From: Flaccisagitta enflata | Lineage: Eukaryota | Assembly (NCBI GenBank): GCA_965153355.1 | Contig: OZ231126.1 | Location: 22,692,001-22,756,000, forward strand | DNA length: 64,000 nucleotides | Reading direction: 5' to 3' | Shown: positions 1-15,556 of the stretch, piece by piece | Layout of the letters: every line of letters begins with the position of its first letter | Numbering within the stretch: position 1 is the first letter of the stretch | Position numbers and translations under genes: made by a program | Notes under the pieces: generated by a model | Told to the model about the DNA's origin: nothing | Databases searched by the model: none | Seen by the model: the letters and a program-made list of their open reading frames with translations, nothing else

Positions 1-124
1 CGTCTTCTTTCCCCTCTGCTCAAAAGTCCATTAGGCGGTGCCTATAAATCCACGGGATTATGGTTTTCACGCCCATTTCATCCAGGCAACAGTGTTTTCG
101 CTATTTGACGCCCATGCTTGCGTC

Positions 125-480
125 ACGAAAGCCTCGTTTTAGTGCTTGCAACACCAATGTCTCGTTCCAGTGCTTGCAGCGCCAATGCCTCGTTTCAGTG
201 CTTGCAACACTAATGTTTCGTTTCTGTGCAATGCCTTGTTTCAGCGCTTGCCTCACTAATTTCTCGTTTCAGTGCACAAAGCGCCAAAGTCTTGTTTCAG
301 TGCCTGCGACACCAATTCCCCGATTCCGTGCTTGCGGTGCCCTTGCCTAATTCACTACTTGCAGTGCAAGACTCTTGCACTTGCAGCAGTTGTGGGCCAC
401 AGCCTGTGGCTCGTTCCGGTGCATGCAGCACCAATGCAACATTTCAGTTGCACTTTGCCACTTCAATATCACATTCCATT
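125..480. repeat. Degenerate short-period tandem repeat (core TTTCAGTGCTTGCAACACCAATG)
   Basis: Recurrent variants of 'tttcagtgcttgcaacaccaatg' through about 125-480; explains the Cys/Gln-rich pseudo-ORFs. Confidence 0.6.
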
Positions 481-1096
481 TCTTGACGTGGCCATGACGT
501 GCCAAAACGATACTTTGCTCCAGCATTTGCAATAACAACGCTGCATTCCAAAGCTCACAGCATATATGCCTTGTACGAGAGCACTCTTTCCTTTTGGGTG
601 TTTTTCCACAATTCCAAAGCCAAAAAGTAAGTGGTTTTCTACACCACTTCGCCTGCCTAACTCAGTTTTCCCTCACCAAATACCAGTGTGAAATTTCAAG
701 TTTGCACTGCATCATACCTCAATGCTCTGCCCTACACTGTCCTGCCCTGCTCAGCCTTGCCCTTCCCTGCCGTGCCCTGCCATATTCTACCCTGCACTAC
801 ACCGCCGCCTTTGGTGCTTTGCAAACGACGTCATCTCTTTGGAAGTCGGCGGCAATTCCGACGGTTTTCTGAGAATGGTTGCCGCCGGCGCCGCTTAGAA
901 GCCTGCAGCCCTCTCCGCCGACGCTGCCACCTCTGCCGCCACTGCCGCCTCCGCCGCCTCCGCCGCCTCTGCCGCCTCCACCGACGTCGCAGTTGCCGCC
1001 GATTTACGAGCGTGAACGCCCCCTTCGGTCCCATGGATTGGCCCCCAGGTGGCGACGTTATGGAATTATTTTTATCCCAGCGGAAATGAGAGAGAG

Positions 1097-1164
<68 letters not shown>

Positions 1165-1685
1165 GATAGAATAATGGAGGGAAGATTAGACAGTAAAGAA
1201 AGTAATAAGACGGTGGGATGGAAACGGTTTTACCTTTTTGTTTCTGCCAGCTGATGCGCGTTGCACAAGCCAAGTCATTGCAATTGCATGCAACGTCGCG
1301 TCGCTCCCACAATCATGTTTCCACCTTCACTTTCTCTTCTCTTTCCACCAGATGCAGAATCATATGATGATAAACAAGTACCCCGTGGGCATAATCCACT
1401 ATTTTTCCGTTGAAATGTACTTTGTACGCTATTTCCAATTCCACCTCTGATTTGGATGACACTATTCGCAAGTCTTTTGTGGTAGGTTCGCCATAACAAG
1501 CCTTGACTACCTGATCTAATTGTCTGATCTAATTGTTTTTTACTATTCAGCTGTTGTTCGGTTGTTATGCTTGCTCCTGTTCGGTTTCTTCTCCAACAAG
1601 ATTACTGCCTGATAGTCGAAAAAGCTTTTGATGGTCAGTGGTACCTGATGCCCCTGGGCTAGTGTTTGTAGGGATAAGATGGTAA

Positions 1686-2064
1686 GGGGCAGCGGCTCCG
1701 AAGGGACTGATGCCTTATGCATAGACGCAAGGGGAACCATGCAGCATTTTATTGTCCAATAGGGTAATAAGTTACGCAAGGCTGAGATTTGGGCCCTTAT
1801 GGAATTCGAACCCAGAAGCTTTGAGTAGCGCTTTGAGGCTGGGATTTGAGTCATAGGGCTGAGATTTGGGCCTCAAGACTGGGATTTTTGGCTTGAGATT
1901 GGAATTTTGGCCTCTGAGCTGGGATATATATGTTCTTTTAATTCGTCAGCAGAAAAGCGACAGATTCATACAAAATCACGTTCACATCCACAGAATAGGA
2001 AAAAAAAAAAAAGATATACATATAAATGGCAAAAAGTACAAGATTCAATAATAAATACGACGAG

Positions 2065-2115
<51 letters not shown>

Positions 2116-2817
2116 TAAGAAATGACCGGGTTATGATGTGAGAAGAGAGAAGCATCAAATTTTCGTCTTGTCTTATGAAAGATATCAGTCAATGCAAGAA
2201 AGCCGAATTGTTCACGCAAATTTCTGACGCTCTCCCAGCGATTGAAACCGAAGATGAATCTGAGTGCGTCATTTGTCGCTGTACAGCAGTCATGCATTTG
2301 ACGCGATGGATATTCTTTAACCGCACACGCATATGTAAGAATTGGTATGCAACATGAGAATAGTAAGTGCATCAGCACTTCCTCGCTTGGCTTATTTGCC
2401 GCTCGTAAGATGGCATTTGTTGCCCTGTAGAATTTTGCCAGATCGTTTGAAGAGGAAAACGAGAAACCTTTCTTATTAACAATGGTAGCACCTAGGTATG
2501 TGATTGATTCCGTGTATTCAATGGCACGACCGTTGAGAAGAATGGGACAAAGAGTGTCATAATCAATATTTTTCTTTGAAAATACAATTACAATGGGGTA
2601 TGGGGCTGGGTTTGGTATAATCTGGGCTTAGGGTCTAGGATGTGGGCCAGGGGTTTGGCTTTTAGGCCTCGAGGCTTGAATTTGGTCCTCAGGACTGGAA
2701 TTTGGGCCTCAAGGATGGAATTCGAGTGGAGAGGGTACGGCGGACGAAGAAGAAGAAGAAGAAGAAAAAGAAGAAGAAGAAGAAGAAGAAGAAGAAGAAG
2801 CAGAAGAAGAAGAAGAA

Positions 2818-2849
<32 letters not shown>

Positions 2850-2880
2850 AATTTCCCCGTATGTGAATTGTGAAAGCATC
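1686..2880. mobile_element. Non-autonomous element of the GGGCAGCGGCC family (family 2), interrupted by a LINE fragment
   Basis: Starts 'ggggcagcggctccgaaggg' like the copies at 22281, 22581 and 47926. Contains 'ggctgagatttgggcctcaa'-type units on both sides of the LINE, plus a (GAA)n tract. Confidence 0.55.
1925..2593 (-). mobile_element. 5'-truncated non-LTR retrotransposon (end of RT/thumb region plus 3' UTR; L2/CR1-group-like)
   Basis: Open minus-strand frame ...PILLNGRAIEYTESITYLGATI...NDLAKFYRATNAILR...CCIPILTYA...NDALRFIFGFNRWESVRNL...RRKFDASL...NPVI fits the RT domain-9 'YLG' motif and thumb pattern. A (TC)n tract interrupts the 3' end. Confidence 0.8.
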
Positions 2881-4824
2881 TTCTAGTTGGCCCGGTAAGA
2901 CAAAATTTTAACTGTTGTAAGTGTATGTTCCTTGCGCTCACAACGGTTAAGACATTGTCACAACAAGCCAACTAGAAGTTTGTTTTTCAAGCTGTTTATG
3001 CTGGCTTGACTTTGACAATAATCTTGAGACTGGTGTTAAGCATTCATCGTCATTTCGTCTTCTACCTCCCTTTAACCATGAGTATTCCCCCCACTTTTTC
3101 ACAGTCTCACCAACCTTCATTTTGCGCTGCCGCATTTGCAGAGACATAGCATCGGCGGCCTCGGCCATTTTGGCTCCATGACAAACATTTACCCAACAAA
3201 GTTTTGCCGACCAAAACCCATTTCCACCAAATTATTTCTTGGCAAACTCGCCTTAGTTGCCATTTCTTTCTCAAATTGGCCTCCTCCACAAATACACGGC
3301 GTAAGATACCGATCTTTTGGTATCTTTCTTGGCTCATATCTCCATACTCGTCCGCTCCCCTCCCCCTTCTCTCTTTCCTATAATTTCTCTCTCCCTCTTC
3401 TGCGCTTTAGCGTCGGCACGGTGAAAACAGAGAGGAGAGAGAGAGAGAGAGAGAGAGAGGCAATTGTTGCTTCCTTCCAATTTGGTTTTTCATTATTTCT
3501 CGAAATATTTACGAGTGTTTGTGGCCCATTCATCGTCGGCCTTTGAATACGCGGCTTCCAATTGCAGAATGACCTCTTCCCCTCCACAGAGGCCAAACGG
3601 GGAGCCAAGGAGGGTAGATGGTGTTAAGAATTCTAAAACTATCACACGAATTGAACATACAAAGCATCGTCAACTGAGTGTGCATGATGTGGCAAGTGCA
3701 ACAATTCATCCTATATAAAACTCATACAATTATCCAGTTAAGAAACATTAAAACCTTTTAAAAATATGGACATTCATAAAGTGTAAGCTTCCATTACATG
3801 CACATACACTCCTAAAATATGCATTTTTGAAACGCTATAAAAACTCTTTAGGTATATACTATTTACTAAATGTATCATATTTTTAATCTGAAACAAAATT
3901 TTATAGTGTACTTTAGAAAATATTCGATATGTTCTAGGGGTAGGGTACTGATAGAGCTTTCTTCTGGCATTGATCGGGACCATTAACTCAGTCCAATTTT
4001 AGTTAAAATTTACCTAATTGAAAAAAAGGAACCAGAGTGTCCATTTCCCATGGTGATCGGTAGGATGATTACCACGAAGGTGAAGAACTTAGAATTCGCT
4101 TTAACTTTAACGATTGACAACAATTATATTATGAGGAAGCTTTGGTCAAGATTACACAAAAACGCACGGCAACACTATAGCACCTGCAATACTGCCGTCA
4201 ATTCAGGGAAAAAGACAATAACGATTGTACAAAAGGGGCAGATATGCGTGCATGTCAATTGGTCAATGACTGGTGATGTCGTTTTCCATTACTTTCCTAT
4301 AAGGAAGGCAGGTAATAAATCAAAATTGGTAATTAGATATACAGTCAAATCACATCCTAACGAATACGCCTCAGAGCTCACACTTCAAGGCTAGGCATGG
4401 GTTTCCTAATGGGATCTGATTACAGCAGTACCAGGGCGAAAAAGAGTGGAGACTATCTATCTGTTTTTCGACTGCTAAGAATTTCAAGTGTTTTATCGAA
4501 ATTCTTTTCTTTCGACGTGATAGACTCTATTCAAAAACATATGGATCTCTTCGCATAAAACAGATAACTATGGGCAAAACATCATCCGTACATCACCTAT
4601 TTCTACCATAAACTGTTGAAGCTTTTGAGAAAAAGACCAGTTGAAAAAGATTCAAAAGATCTTTGATTTGAATTGTTGAACCAAGTTCTAAATTAAGAAT
4701 TTAAGAAGTTATTATGTCAAGAAATGTAAAAAGGTATGGAATGGAAATCTGCCAGATACTGATTTGAATTCATGCACTATTTGTCTTTGTTTCATTGCCA
4801 TTTCAAAACGGAGCGACTTAGATA

Positions 4825-5417
4825 ACCATGAGTGCAATAAAAATGGCCGATTTTTCAACAGCTTTGAGCACAGGTTTTGGTCAAAAGATTCTTGGGACCA
4901 TCCTAAAATTCATGCATTGTAGAAACATATCAAAATTATCTTTCATATGAGTCCATGCAGCAAATTTTTTCTCAATTCTTTTAGAAAATATGACAGATTA
5001 AGGGCTAACAACTAAATTGCCACCTCATGAAAAAAGGGCTGAATTTGTCACTCGGATTTTCTGAAATGTTTTAGATGAGTAAAAATGATAGAAGATCTTT
5101 ATCGATTTCAATGAAATTTTAGGGGCTAGTTGACCTGTATTTGCCTCAATATCAATTCAATTTTTATCAATATCGGGCAACGTCTTCTGTGATTTTTTAT
5201 GGAACTTTGTAAAAACACCATGGGCAGTTTCAAAATTAAGCGGTTTTGTTAATCTTACTCTCATTTGCATATTCATTGAGTTACTGGTCTCGCAAAATTT
5301 TCAAATGAAAGATCGTTTGAAGGGCTTTCAAGGTGTCATGAATTTTGCCATGTTCAGATGAATTTTTGATCCTTTACAGACCTTTTAAAAATCGGCCATT
5401 TTTATTGCACTTATGGT
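4825..5417. mobile_element. TA-flanked MITE (Tc1/mariner-type), about 30-bp TIRs
   Basis: ACCATGAGTGCAATAAAAATGGCCGATTTTT ... AAAAATCGGCCATTTTTATTGCACTTATGGT, with TA on both sides. Confidence 0.8.
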
Positions 5418-5458
5418 TAGGTCTACTTGCCGATTTTTTGTAAATAATAAGTTAATTA

Positions 5459-7914
<2,456 letters not shown>

Positions 7915-9621
7915 TATTTTCATTTTTCCTTAATTTTTATATAGACAAGCATTATAGGGCATAACTACCAAGAGAATGATGCAAACATAAGAAAATCGGT
8001 GATGTCTGGAAACTTCATCGAATTTCTGAGCTAATGGCGCAAACCGCATTGCATTAAGTTTAGTCGTTAAGAAACTATAAGCAAAACAAAATTGCTACCC
8101 CAAGTAGAAAATGGCAAAAAAATAGCAAAACAAAATTGCTACCCCAAGTAGAAAATGGCAAAAAAATAGCATTTAAGAATTTCATAGTTCCAAGCGCAAC
8201 ATTGTCAGTTACAAACGAGCCTTTTTGTTCAGACCAGGGTGACAAGTTGCTGTCAAGTTGGCGTCGAGTTGGCGTCAAGTTGGCCTACAAGTTGTCCAGA
8301 CATCAATCCGATCAAATTGTCACTGAGTCAGAGGCAGAAGCTAAAGTTGTGGCTGCATGTCCAGGCTCAAGAGAATCATTTTCAAGGTGTAGAAGAACCT
8401 TACACTATCTTACATTCAATCACTTAATGGAAGCATGCCGGGGCTCTCAATAGCCATAGTTAATGCCCAGGAAGGTCGGACAAAATACTAGTTGTGTCTT
8501 ACAAATGTCTATAGTATTCAATGATGAATAAATGGACTGCATTAAATCTTGTCTATATACTTTTTAGCAAGATAGTACATTCTACATTCAGACAAAACTA
8601 GAATTAAACAATTCCTTCAATTTGTATATTACGGAGATGCCCACTTCAAACTGTCGGTATTTCTAAAGGATTAAAGCAACAACTTTGTGCTCCGTCTAGA
8701 TTTAAAGAACTTTCTTTTATTTTTTAAACGGTTACTGAATTTTAGCATTTTTCTACAAACCAAGCAGAAGAAAGCGATCAAAAAACGCCAATGGTTAGAC
8801 TATATGTATTGATGAAAATTTTACAACCCGGGTACAACCAATCAACACCAACACCTCAATCAATTTTTTTTTTCAATTCTCATTCTCAATATTTCATTTA
8901 TTAGACGGTTGCAAATCCACAATAGATTTCTAACGTCAATCAGTCAGTCCAGACCAACAATATTTCTCTGTCCTGTCTATATAACAATAACATTTATTCG
9001 TCGACAAGTGGATTGTGACAGAGCACACGACAACGCATCACATCAGTAGGGTAAAGGAGAGAAAAATAGATGGGAGAAAAAAAAAACAATAGCACTTCGC
9101 TGAACTTGATGGAAGTTTTCAATCGAATCAAAACAGAATTTCCAGTACGATTTAAACCATTTATGAAACTCTTACTTCTTTTGGCAAAGATTTCCGTAAT
9201 GGATACGTGACTTACGAAGTTCACAAGTGCTTTCCCATCGATGAAAACCAAAAAAATTTCTCATACAGTCGTTGAGAGCAACATTTGAAGTAGTCATGTC
9301 GCGTCCATTGTGTCGTTTTACTTCACAAGCATAAGTTAAGATAGGAACACAATTACTTTACTTCTTCACTCCGTCTGTTAAGTACATTCAATATCATGTT
9401 TGTGCTACAGTAAAATGACATCAAAGGTTTACGAATTGGAGTTTCAAATTTCTTGCCTGCTAAAAGATTCATACCAAGATATCTGTAGCTGTTTCAATGG
9501 GCGTACCGTTTAAGTACAGGCGTTCATGAGTTATGGTTTTTCCAAAGACTAAGATATTCGTTTTTGTCGGATTGAACGTGAGACACCAATCTAGACCGTA
9601 ATTTTGGCAAATGTCTAAGAG

Positions 9622-9781
9622 TTTTTAGTTGCGGACACGCAACTCTATAAGTGGCTTTGTCCGTCCGTCCGTCCGTCGGTTGGTCGGTCGGTCCGTCACG
9701 CTCAAGTTGAAAAGTGGAAAAACGCGCATTTCCGCTCCTGCCCACCCGTCCGCAACTGGTGGCCGTGTATCCGGCCTTGTT
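9622..9781 (+). mobile_element. Helentron/DINE-1-like non-autonomous element (family 1)
   Basis: TTTTTAGTTGCG...CGCAACT 5' end, (GTCC/GTCG)n core, 3' subterminal CGCAACT, terminal hairpin GGCCG-tgtatc-CGGCC then TTGTT. Confidence 0.75.
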
Positions 9782-10306
9782 GTACTGATTTTCGCGTAAG
9801 CGCCTATAGAGCTAAGTCATCAGCGTACAGTATCGCTGCTACAAGAAGTTCTTCTATTAAAGTCTGTTTTTCAAAGCCTTATGTCCATACCACAGGGTGT
9901 TTCACATTAAATTGCATGGAAGAGAACAACACTATTTACCAAGGTGATAAAAGGCCATGAATTCTAGAAAAAAAAACTTATATGAAAAATATTTTCATTT
10001 CTTCACAAAATGAATTTTTAAATCAATGTCAATATATCTTTGGCCTCTGAAATATTCTTAACATTAACCAGTAAAGAAACCTGACATTGTCAAAATTGAA
10101 ATCGTTCATATCTTTCTTCTAAATATTACTTAGTTGAACAAAATAGAATAGAATATAACATGGGAACATAATTGTTATTTTGAAAAATATATTCATTTTC
10201 AAAGAAGGGAACCAAAACTTTTTTACCTAATAGATGGAGTTATTTTCTTTAAAGTAATTTGATGTTGAACAGCCTGTATTGTCCTAATTGCCTTCGCGGT
10301 AAGCTA

Positions 10307-11092
10307 CTACTTGTTGATCACTGTCACTTTGCTGGTTCGGGTGTGCTCAACACTGCCCCCGGTCATGGTCACATTGACGCTTCCGCCACCCATGCCTTTC
10401 TCTAAAGCAATCAGATTCCTAGTTGTTTCGTCCTTCAGATCGCCTTCGATATAAAACTTGCTATTATCCTCTTTGCCAACTTTAACCCCAACTCGTTTGA
10501 CATTGATATCATTACGGCCGCTGCTTTCGTTACCATTCGCCATCTGCTCCATCTGCGTCTTAACAGCCTTCCTCAGGTCGTTGAAGCGTTGAAGCTGAAC
10601 CTCTGAGACGTCCTCCAACGGTTGCTCCGCAAACTTGGTGAGTCGGGAGCGGTATTCTTCGCAGTCCGCTCTCTTCATCGAAGACTTCGACGTCCATGTT
10701 TTGAGAATCTTCATCAACGTCTCGATGAGTCTATCGTAGTGGTCTTCAAAGTCGTCATCGTCGAAAGCGGTGAAGTCGTCCTCGCACAACTTGGTCATCG
10801 CTTTCAAATACTTTTGAAGACATTTCCCCATTTCTTCCGAGTGGTCGAGACATTGCATGACGCCGTGAAGCTTGAAGGTGTCGGCTTCCATCAACGGTGG
10901 AGCCGCATTTGATGGAGATGGCGAAGCAAACAAGTAGTCGACTTGGTCATGATTCACTTTGTACCAACGTGGCCAATCTGTTTGCTTCGCCTCGAGAAAT
11001 TTCTCGTGAGCGACGCGTAGCACTTCCGCCCCTTCATCTAGCAAGAGTAGGCCGTAGATAACGCCTCTCTTGTCGTCGTCTGACAAAGGCAT
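10307..11092 (-). CDS. 261-aa protein; putative degenerate DZIP3-like HEPN domain plus Gly/Val/Thr-rich RHIM-like C-terminal tail
   Basis: Long non-repetitive ORF, GC-richer than its flanks. Polypyrimidine tract and AG acceptor (ctctctcttgttag|) 12 nt upstream of the ATG. Motifs LLLLDEGAEVLR / NHDQVDYLF / EADTFKL / FDDDDFEDHYDRLIETL recall HEPN_DZIP3; the domain call is tentative. Confidence 0.75.
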   Translation of the reverse strand: MPLSDDDKRGVIYGLLLLDEGAEVLRVAHEKFLEAKQTDWPRWYKVNHDQVDYLFASPSPSNAAPPLMEADTFKLHGVMQCLDHSEEMGKCLQKYLKAMTKLCEDDFTAFDDDDFEDHYDRLIETLMKILKTWTSKSSMKRADCEEYRSRLTKFAEQPLEDVSEVQLQRFNDLRKAVKTQMEQMANGNESSGRNDINVKRVGVKVGKEDNSKFYIEGDLKDETTRNLIALEKGMGGGSVNVTMTGGSVEHTRTSKVTVINK

Positions 11093-11243
11093 CTTCCGAT
11101 TTCACTAACAAGAGAGAGAGAGGGATTGAAATTTTTACAGTATGGGAAAACGAGAATGGTTGATTTTACATTTCGAGCTAAAAAGGCTCTTTGCCTCACA
11201 TTATACATTTTCCGTTGCTGTAAATGTGTAAGTACAAATACCA

Positions 11244-11860
11244 TATGTCATGGTGTACAGGAACAGGAAATTTTGGTTTCATATTACTCTTTGCTTTTGA
11301 TATAGATCTAAAATCTAAAGATATTGTTTTGATTTCAGATAAGTGTTTTTGTTATAATGTATAAGGTGTTTTAACAATGTTTTAAAACCCAGAATACTGA
11401 CTATAGTTTCATGATGATCAGTAATAAAAATGAAAGTTCAAATTCTTTAGAAAAATAGTGAACAAAATTTTAAAATGTTGTTAGGTGAAATTATATCACG
11501 GCCTCCGTAAAGACAATTTTGCATTTCTAAGAACATGGCCCTTTTCTTATATGTTTTTAAAAAGAAGCTATGTTTTTGGAAATGCAAATTTCGTTATTTC
11601 TATGCAATGATATAATTTCACCTAACAAAAGTGAGATGACAAAATATAATGTTCTGTAAAAAATCTTGTTTTTTCTACTTTATTTCAATACATTATGCAC
11701 ATCAAATCTGTATGTCAGAGAGTATCTATGCAAAAATTTATTGTTCAACATTTAAAAAATGTTTTTTGACAAAAAAAAAAATTGTAAAAAAACAATAAAA
11801 AAGATATTCAAAAAATTGTTTTGACGCATGAAATTTCTTCTTCCTGTACACTGCGTCATA
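11244..11860. mobile_element. MITE with imperfect TIRs and an internal inverted repeat
   Basis: TATGTCATGGTGTACAGGAACAGGAAATTT versus the reverse complement of AAATTTCTTCTTCCTGTACACTGCGTCATA; internal IR TTGTTAGGTGAAATTATATCA / TGATATAATTTCACCTAACAA (about 11478-11628). Confidence 0.55.
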
Positions 11861-12953
11861 TCTAATCTTTCCTAAGTGAGCACCGATAATGTGTAGCGCC
11901 AAGCTTTCAAACCTACAAGAAACAAATAAGCCGGTGTTACAATTTCGTTGCGGACAAGGGGGGGGGGGTGGAAAGGTGCGTGAATGGACGTTTTTCCGTC
12001 ACGGACCCACGTACCCGCGTTCGAACCATAGATGGACCTACAGACGAAAAATACCACTCATAGAGATGCGATTCCGCGACTAAACAGAAGCGAGTGGTGA
12101 TTGTAACTTTTTTAAAAACAAAGCTCTTGGGTCTGCACTGCGCTGTTAATGAAATGATTTATCTCCAAACGGAAGCCTCTCGGGACATGCTGACAGACCT
12201 ATCGACGAATGAGTCAACAAAAGAGTCGCCAGTTTAAAAACGTTTAAAAAAGGAAATTTAAGAAGAAAGTCTTCGTGATAATGCTGTTGATAGAAATCAT
12301 AAGCATGGTTAAGAATTAGGCGGCTTGCATAATTGTTTCTTTTTATATTTGTGTACACGATCATCATCATCAACTTTTTCTTCTTTTTTTTTTCAACAAT
12401 CTTTTTCTGTGCTCTACGATCAATATTTCTTCGATCAAAAATTTGTATCTTTAAATCTACACATTGATTTTTAACCTTTCAATAAAAACCGTTAACTTCG
12501 CCGTCCGGATGGAAAACCCAAGATAAGCCGAAGCCGTAGACGAGACATGCAAGCCCAGCCGAGAGACCTGACGATTTCAATCAGGAAGTTTAAGAAACCT
12601 GAAATGAGTTAAGTATACAACATCATCAGCCTATCCGGTATTCGCGCGCTTTATTCATTTCATCTCATATCAACATTCATACATGACAAGATTTAGCTAC
12701 AAAATTAAACTCATTCATAATTTCATTATTAAAAAATCGGACAATATAATTGTAAAATTACTGACACATAATCATTAGCTAACTTAAGGAAAAAGACATA
12801 ATCGACAGATGGAACGATCTGTAAGCCGAATGACGTACCAACCTATAGAATCGCATATTAACACTGGATGGAGTGTCTTCTAATTGCGTGCTTTGTTGTT
12901 AGTCAGGTAATCCCGACTCTCATCAAGAGACAAAGAAATGAAAACATTCTTAC

Positions 12954-13000
12954 CTGCCCGTCCACTTCGTCAACTTAATACAAGTTCTCTGATATGAAAA
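12954..13000 (-). other. Candidate non-coding 5' exon of the 261-aa gene (upstream boundary uncertain)
   Basis: Consensus donor CAG|GTAAGA on the minus strand at 12954/12953 could pair with the acceptor at 11105/11104. Confidence 0.35.
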
Positions 13001-13018
13001 CGGCTTACGGGTAATTTG

Positions 13019-13068
<50 letters not shown>

Positions 13069-13435
13069 AATGATCTAGACAATCTAAGCAATTACCACAG
13101 TGGGTTTCTCTGGATTTTGAGTAATCTTCAAAATAGAAATTTAAATAAAGATTACATTCTTGAAGCCAGAGTGTCACGAACTATTGATTTTAAAAATCGA
13201 CCAGGTCGAACAAATCATGGTCGAACCCCCCTAAAAATTTGACCTGAAATTGACCATAGGTTGATAGTTTTGCCAGATACCCCTTTTACCAAGTAAAGAT
13301 ATCATTTAGTTACAGCAAAATGGTTTGAAAGTTACTCTATATCACATGATAAGTTATCCACTTTGCAGTCATGTAATAACATGAAAATAGAAAATAGAGC
13401 CAATGAGCACAAACTAATCAGGAGAGACAACTGCG

Positions 13436-13586
13436 TTTTTAGTCGCGGCCAAGCGACTTTACACCTTGCTGTGTCAGTCGGTAGGTAGGTCAGTAGGTCA
13501 GTGACATTTCTGAATTCCGAGTGGTTTTCACATTACTGCTCCTGCCTAACTGTCCGCGACTAGATTGCTGTGTATCCGGCCTTGTT
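13436..13586 (+). mobile_element. Helentron/DINE-1-like element (family 1)
   Basis: TTTTTAGTCGCG ... CGCGACT ... GTGTATCCGGCCTTGTT. Confidence 0.75.
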
Positions 13587-14837
13587 CATTTACTATGCAA
13601 GGTTTTCATTAAAGTCTCCAATTAGCCAGAAAATACTATTCTACTCCAGAGGAGGGGCGCAGGGTATGCCACTTGCCGAAAGAATTCAAATTTCTTTTGT
13701 TCCTAGTCAATTCATGTCTAACTAAGACAAATCCACCGTCAAAACAATTCTTTCGGCCTTAGAGGTATTTCTAACTTTCGGCCAAACATAACTACATCAA
13801 AAACGGCGCAAAAACAATGATTTCTGGTCAACAAGCGACCCTGGAACCAAATGCATTTGGTTCTGCGCTGATCATACTATTGACTACGAGTAACAATTCG
13901 CGTCCGAAAAAATTCACCCACCAGAGCCGCAAATTAATAGAATACAAAATGAATATGTGATAGAAAACAAAATCTTCAAATGATCGATCACCGGTTGGAA
14001 GAAGAGTATTCCTGTGTATATAATTTTGCTCAGTAAGAAACTATCGTGTAAAATGAATCTTTACAGTTATCAAGTCCGACTTAGTGGTATTTAACTTTTC
14101 TTTTTCTTTCTTTTTATTTATTTCGCAAGTTGCGTGGTTTTATTAATCCACAACGGAATGAAAGAACTGGAAAACTAAGCTCGATGTCTCAATGCACAAG
14201 GTATGTTGATCTTAATCAATGGAAGCAGCCAGGTTCGGCCATAGGGGGGGTCACTTTCATCTCAGATGAAGGGACCGGGACCGCACAACGTTTTTTCCTA
14301 TATGAAACTCGACCCACTAATAAATGGAAGGGGCGCGTAGGAAAACGTATCCTACGAGCGTATGAATTTGTGTCTTACGGTTCAGAACGCGTTTGTTACC
14401 ATCCGCGTTAGTTATTGACTGCGTAAGAAAGTAATAACCTCGTGGGTAAAAGGTAAGCAAAACGTAGATCGTTTGTTTTCCGGACAGGCGTAAAAAGAGT
14501 GGTTAAGAGGAAGACATTCTTTCAGCAGTTTTTCTCTGTATACAGAATTTCTTTGCTGGGCAAGTTTTCAATTCAAATGGGTGAGATCGCGTCATTAAAA
14601 ACGTTCAACTATGCCATCGTGTAAGTCCCTTTCTGTCTTTCTCTGTTCGTCTCTGTCTGTCTTTCTGTCTGTCTGTCTGTCCGTCTTTCCATCTGTCTGT
14701 CCTTCTCAGTCTCTGTCCTTCTGTGTCTGTCTCTGTCCGTCTCTATCCGTCTTTTTCTGTCCGTCTTTCTCTGTCTGTCTGTCTGTCTGTCTGTCTGTAA
14801 GTCCGTCCCTATGTCATTCTGTTTGTCTTTCTGTCTG

Positions 14838-14932
<95 letters not shown>

Positions 14933-14936
14933 TCAG

Positions 14937-15556
14937 CACAGTGGGCCTTAACTAGGTATGAGTTCAAAAAAATCCCCAATGGTAGTGACGTGTATGAGTA
15001 GGTACAATTTAAAGTGGAGAATTGATGTAAACTCTTGAAAAAAATCTCCCTTGAAAATTTTTGCAAAAATTGCTAAAAATTATCAATTTTTGCATATATA
15101 TTCACAAATAGATTTCAAGGATATCTTTGTTTCAAAATTCTGACTCAAGATTTACATTCCTGGTGAAATTTCCAATCATTTGATACGTCACACTATATAC
15201 TTTCATGAAAAAATAAGATTTTCATATTTTAAGACACCGTTGCTTTCTTTGTAAAGGCGGCTTAAAAAATGAAAATTTTATTTTTTCATGAAAGTATATA
15301 GTGTGACCTATCAAATGATTGGAAATTTCACCAGGAATGTGAATCTTGAGTCAGAACTTTGAAACTGATATATCTTTGAGATCTATATGTAAATATAAAT
15401 AAAAATTGATACTTTTTAACGATTTTTGCAATAAATTTCAAGGGAAATTTCTTTTAAAGGGTTTACATCAATTCTGCATTATAAGTTGAACCTATTAATG
15501 CCAGTCACTACCCTCGGGGATTTTTTTAAACTCATACCCAGTTAAGGCCCACTGTG
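14937..15556. mobile_element. Palindromic (foldback) MITE, CAC...GTG termini, 4-bp TSD TCAG (Chapaev/CMC-like)
   Basis: CACAGTGGGCCTTAACT ... AGTTAAGGCCCACTGTG. The halves are complementary to a centre near 15245. TCAG at 14933-36 and 15557-60. Confidence 0.85.

Noticed and set aside
688-1169. Pro-rich and Arg-rich ORFs
   Set aside because: Low-complexity (CCG)n tract with no recognisable domain or splice context.
2880-3340. Possible decayed hAT-type zinc-finger transposase N-terminus (KKWGEYSWL...)
   Set aside because: Needs several frameshifts; the resemblance is too weak without a search.
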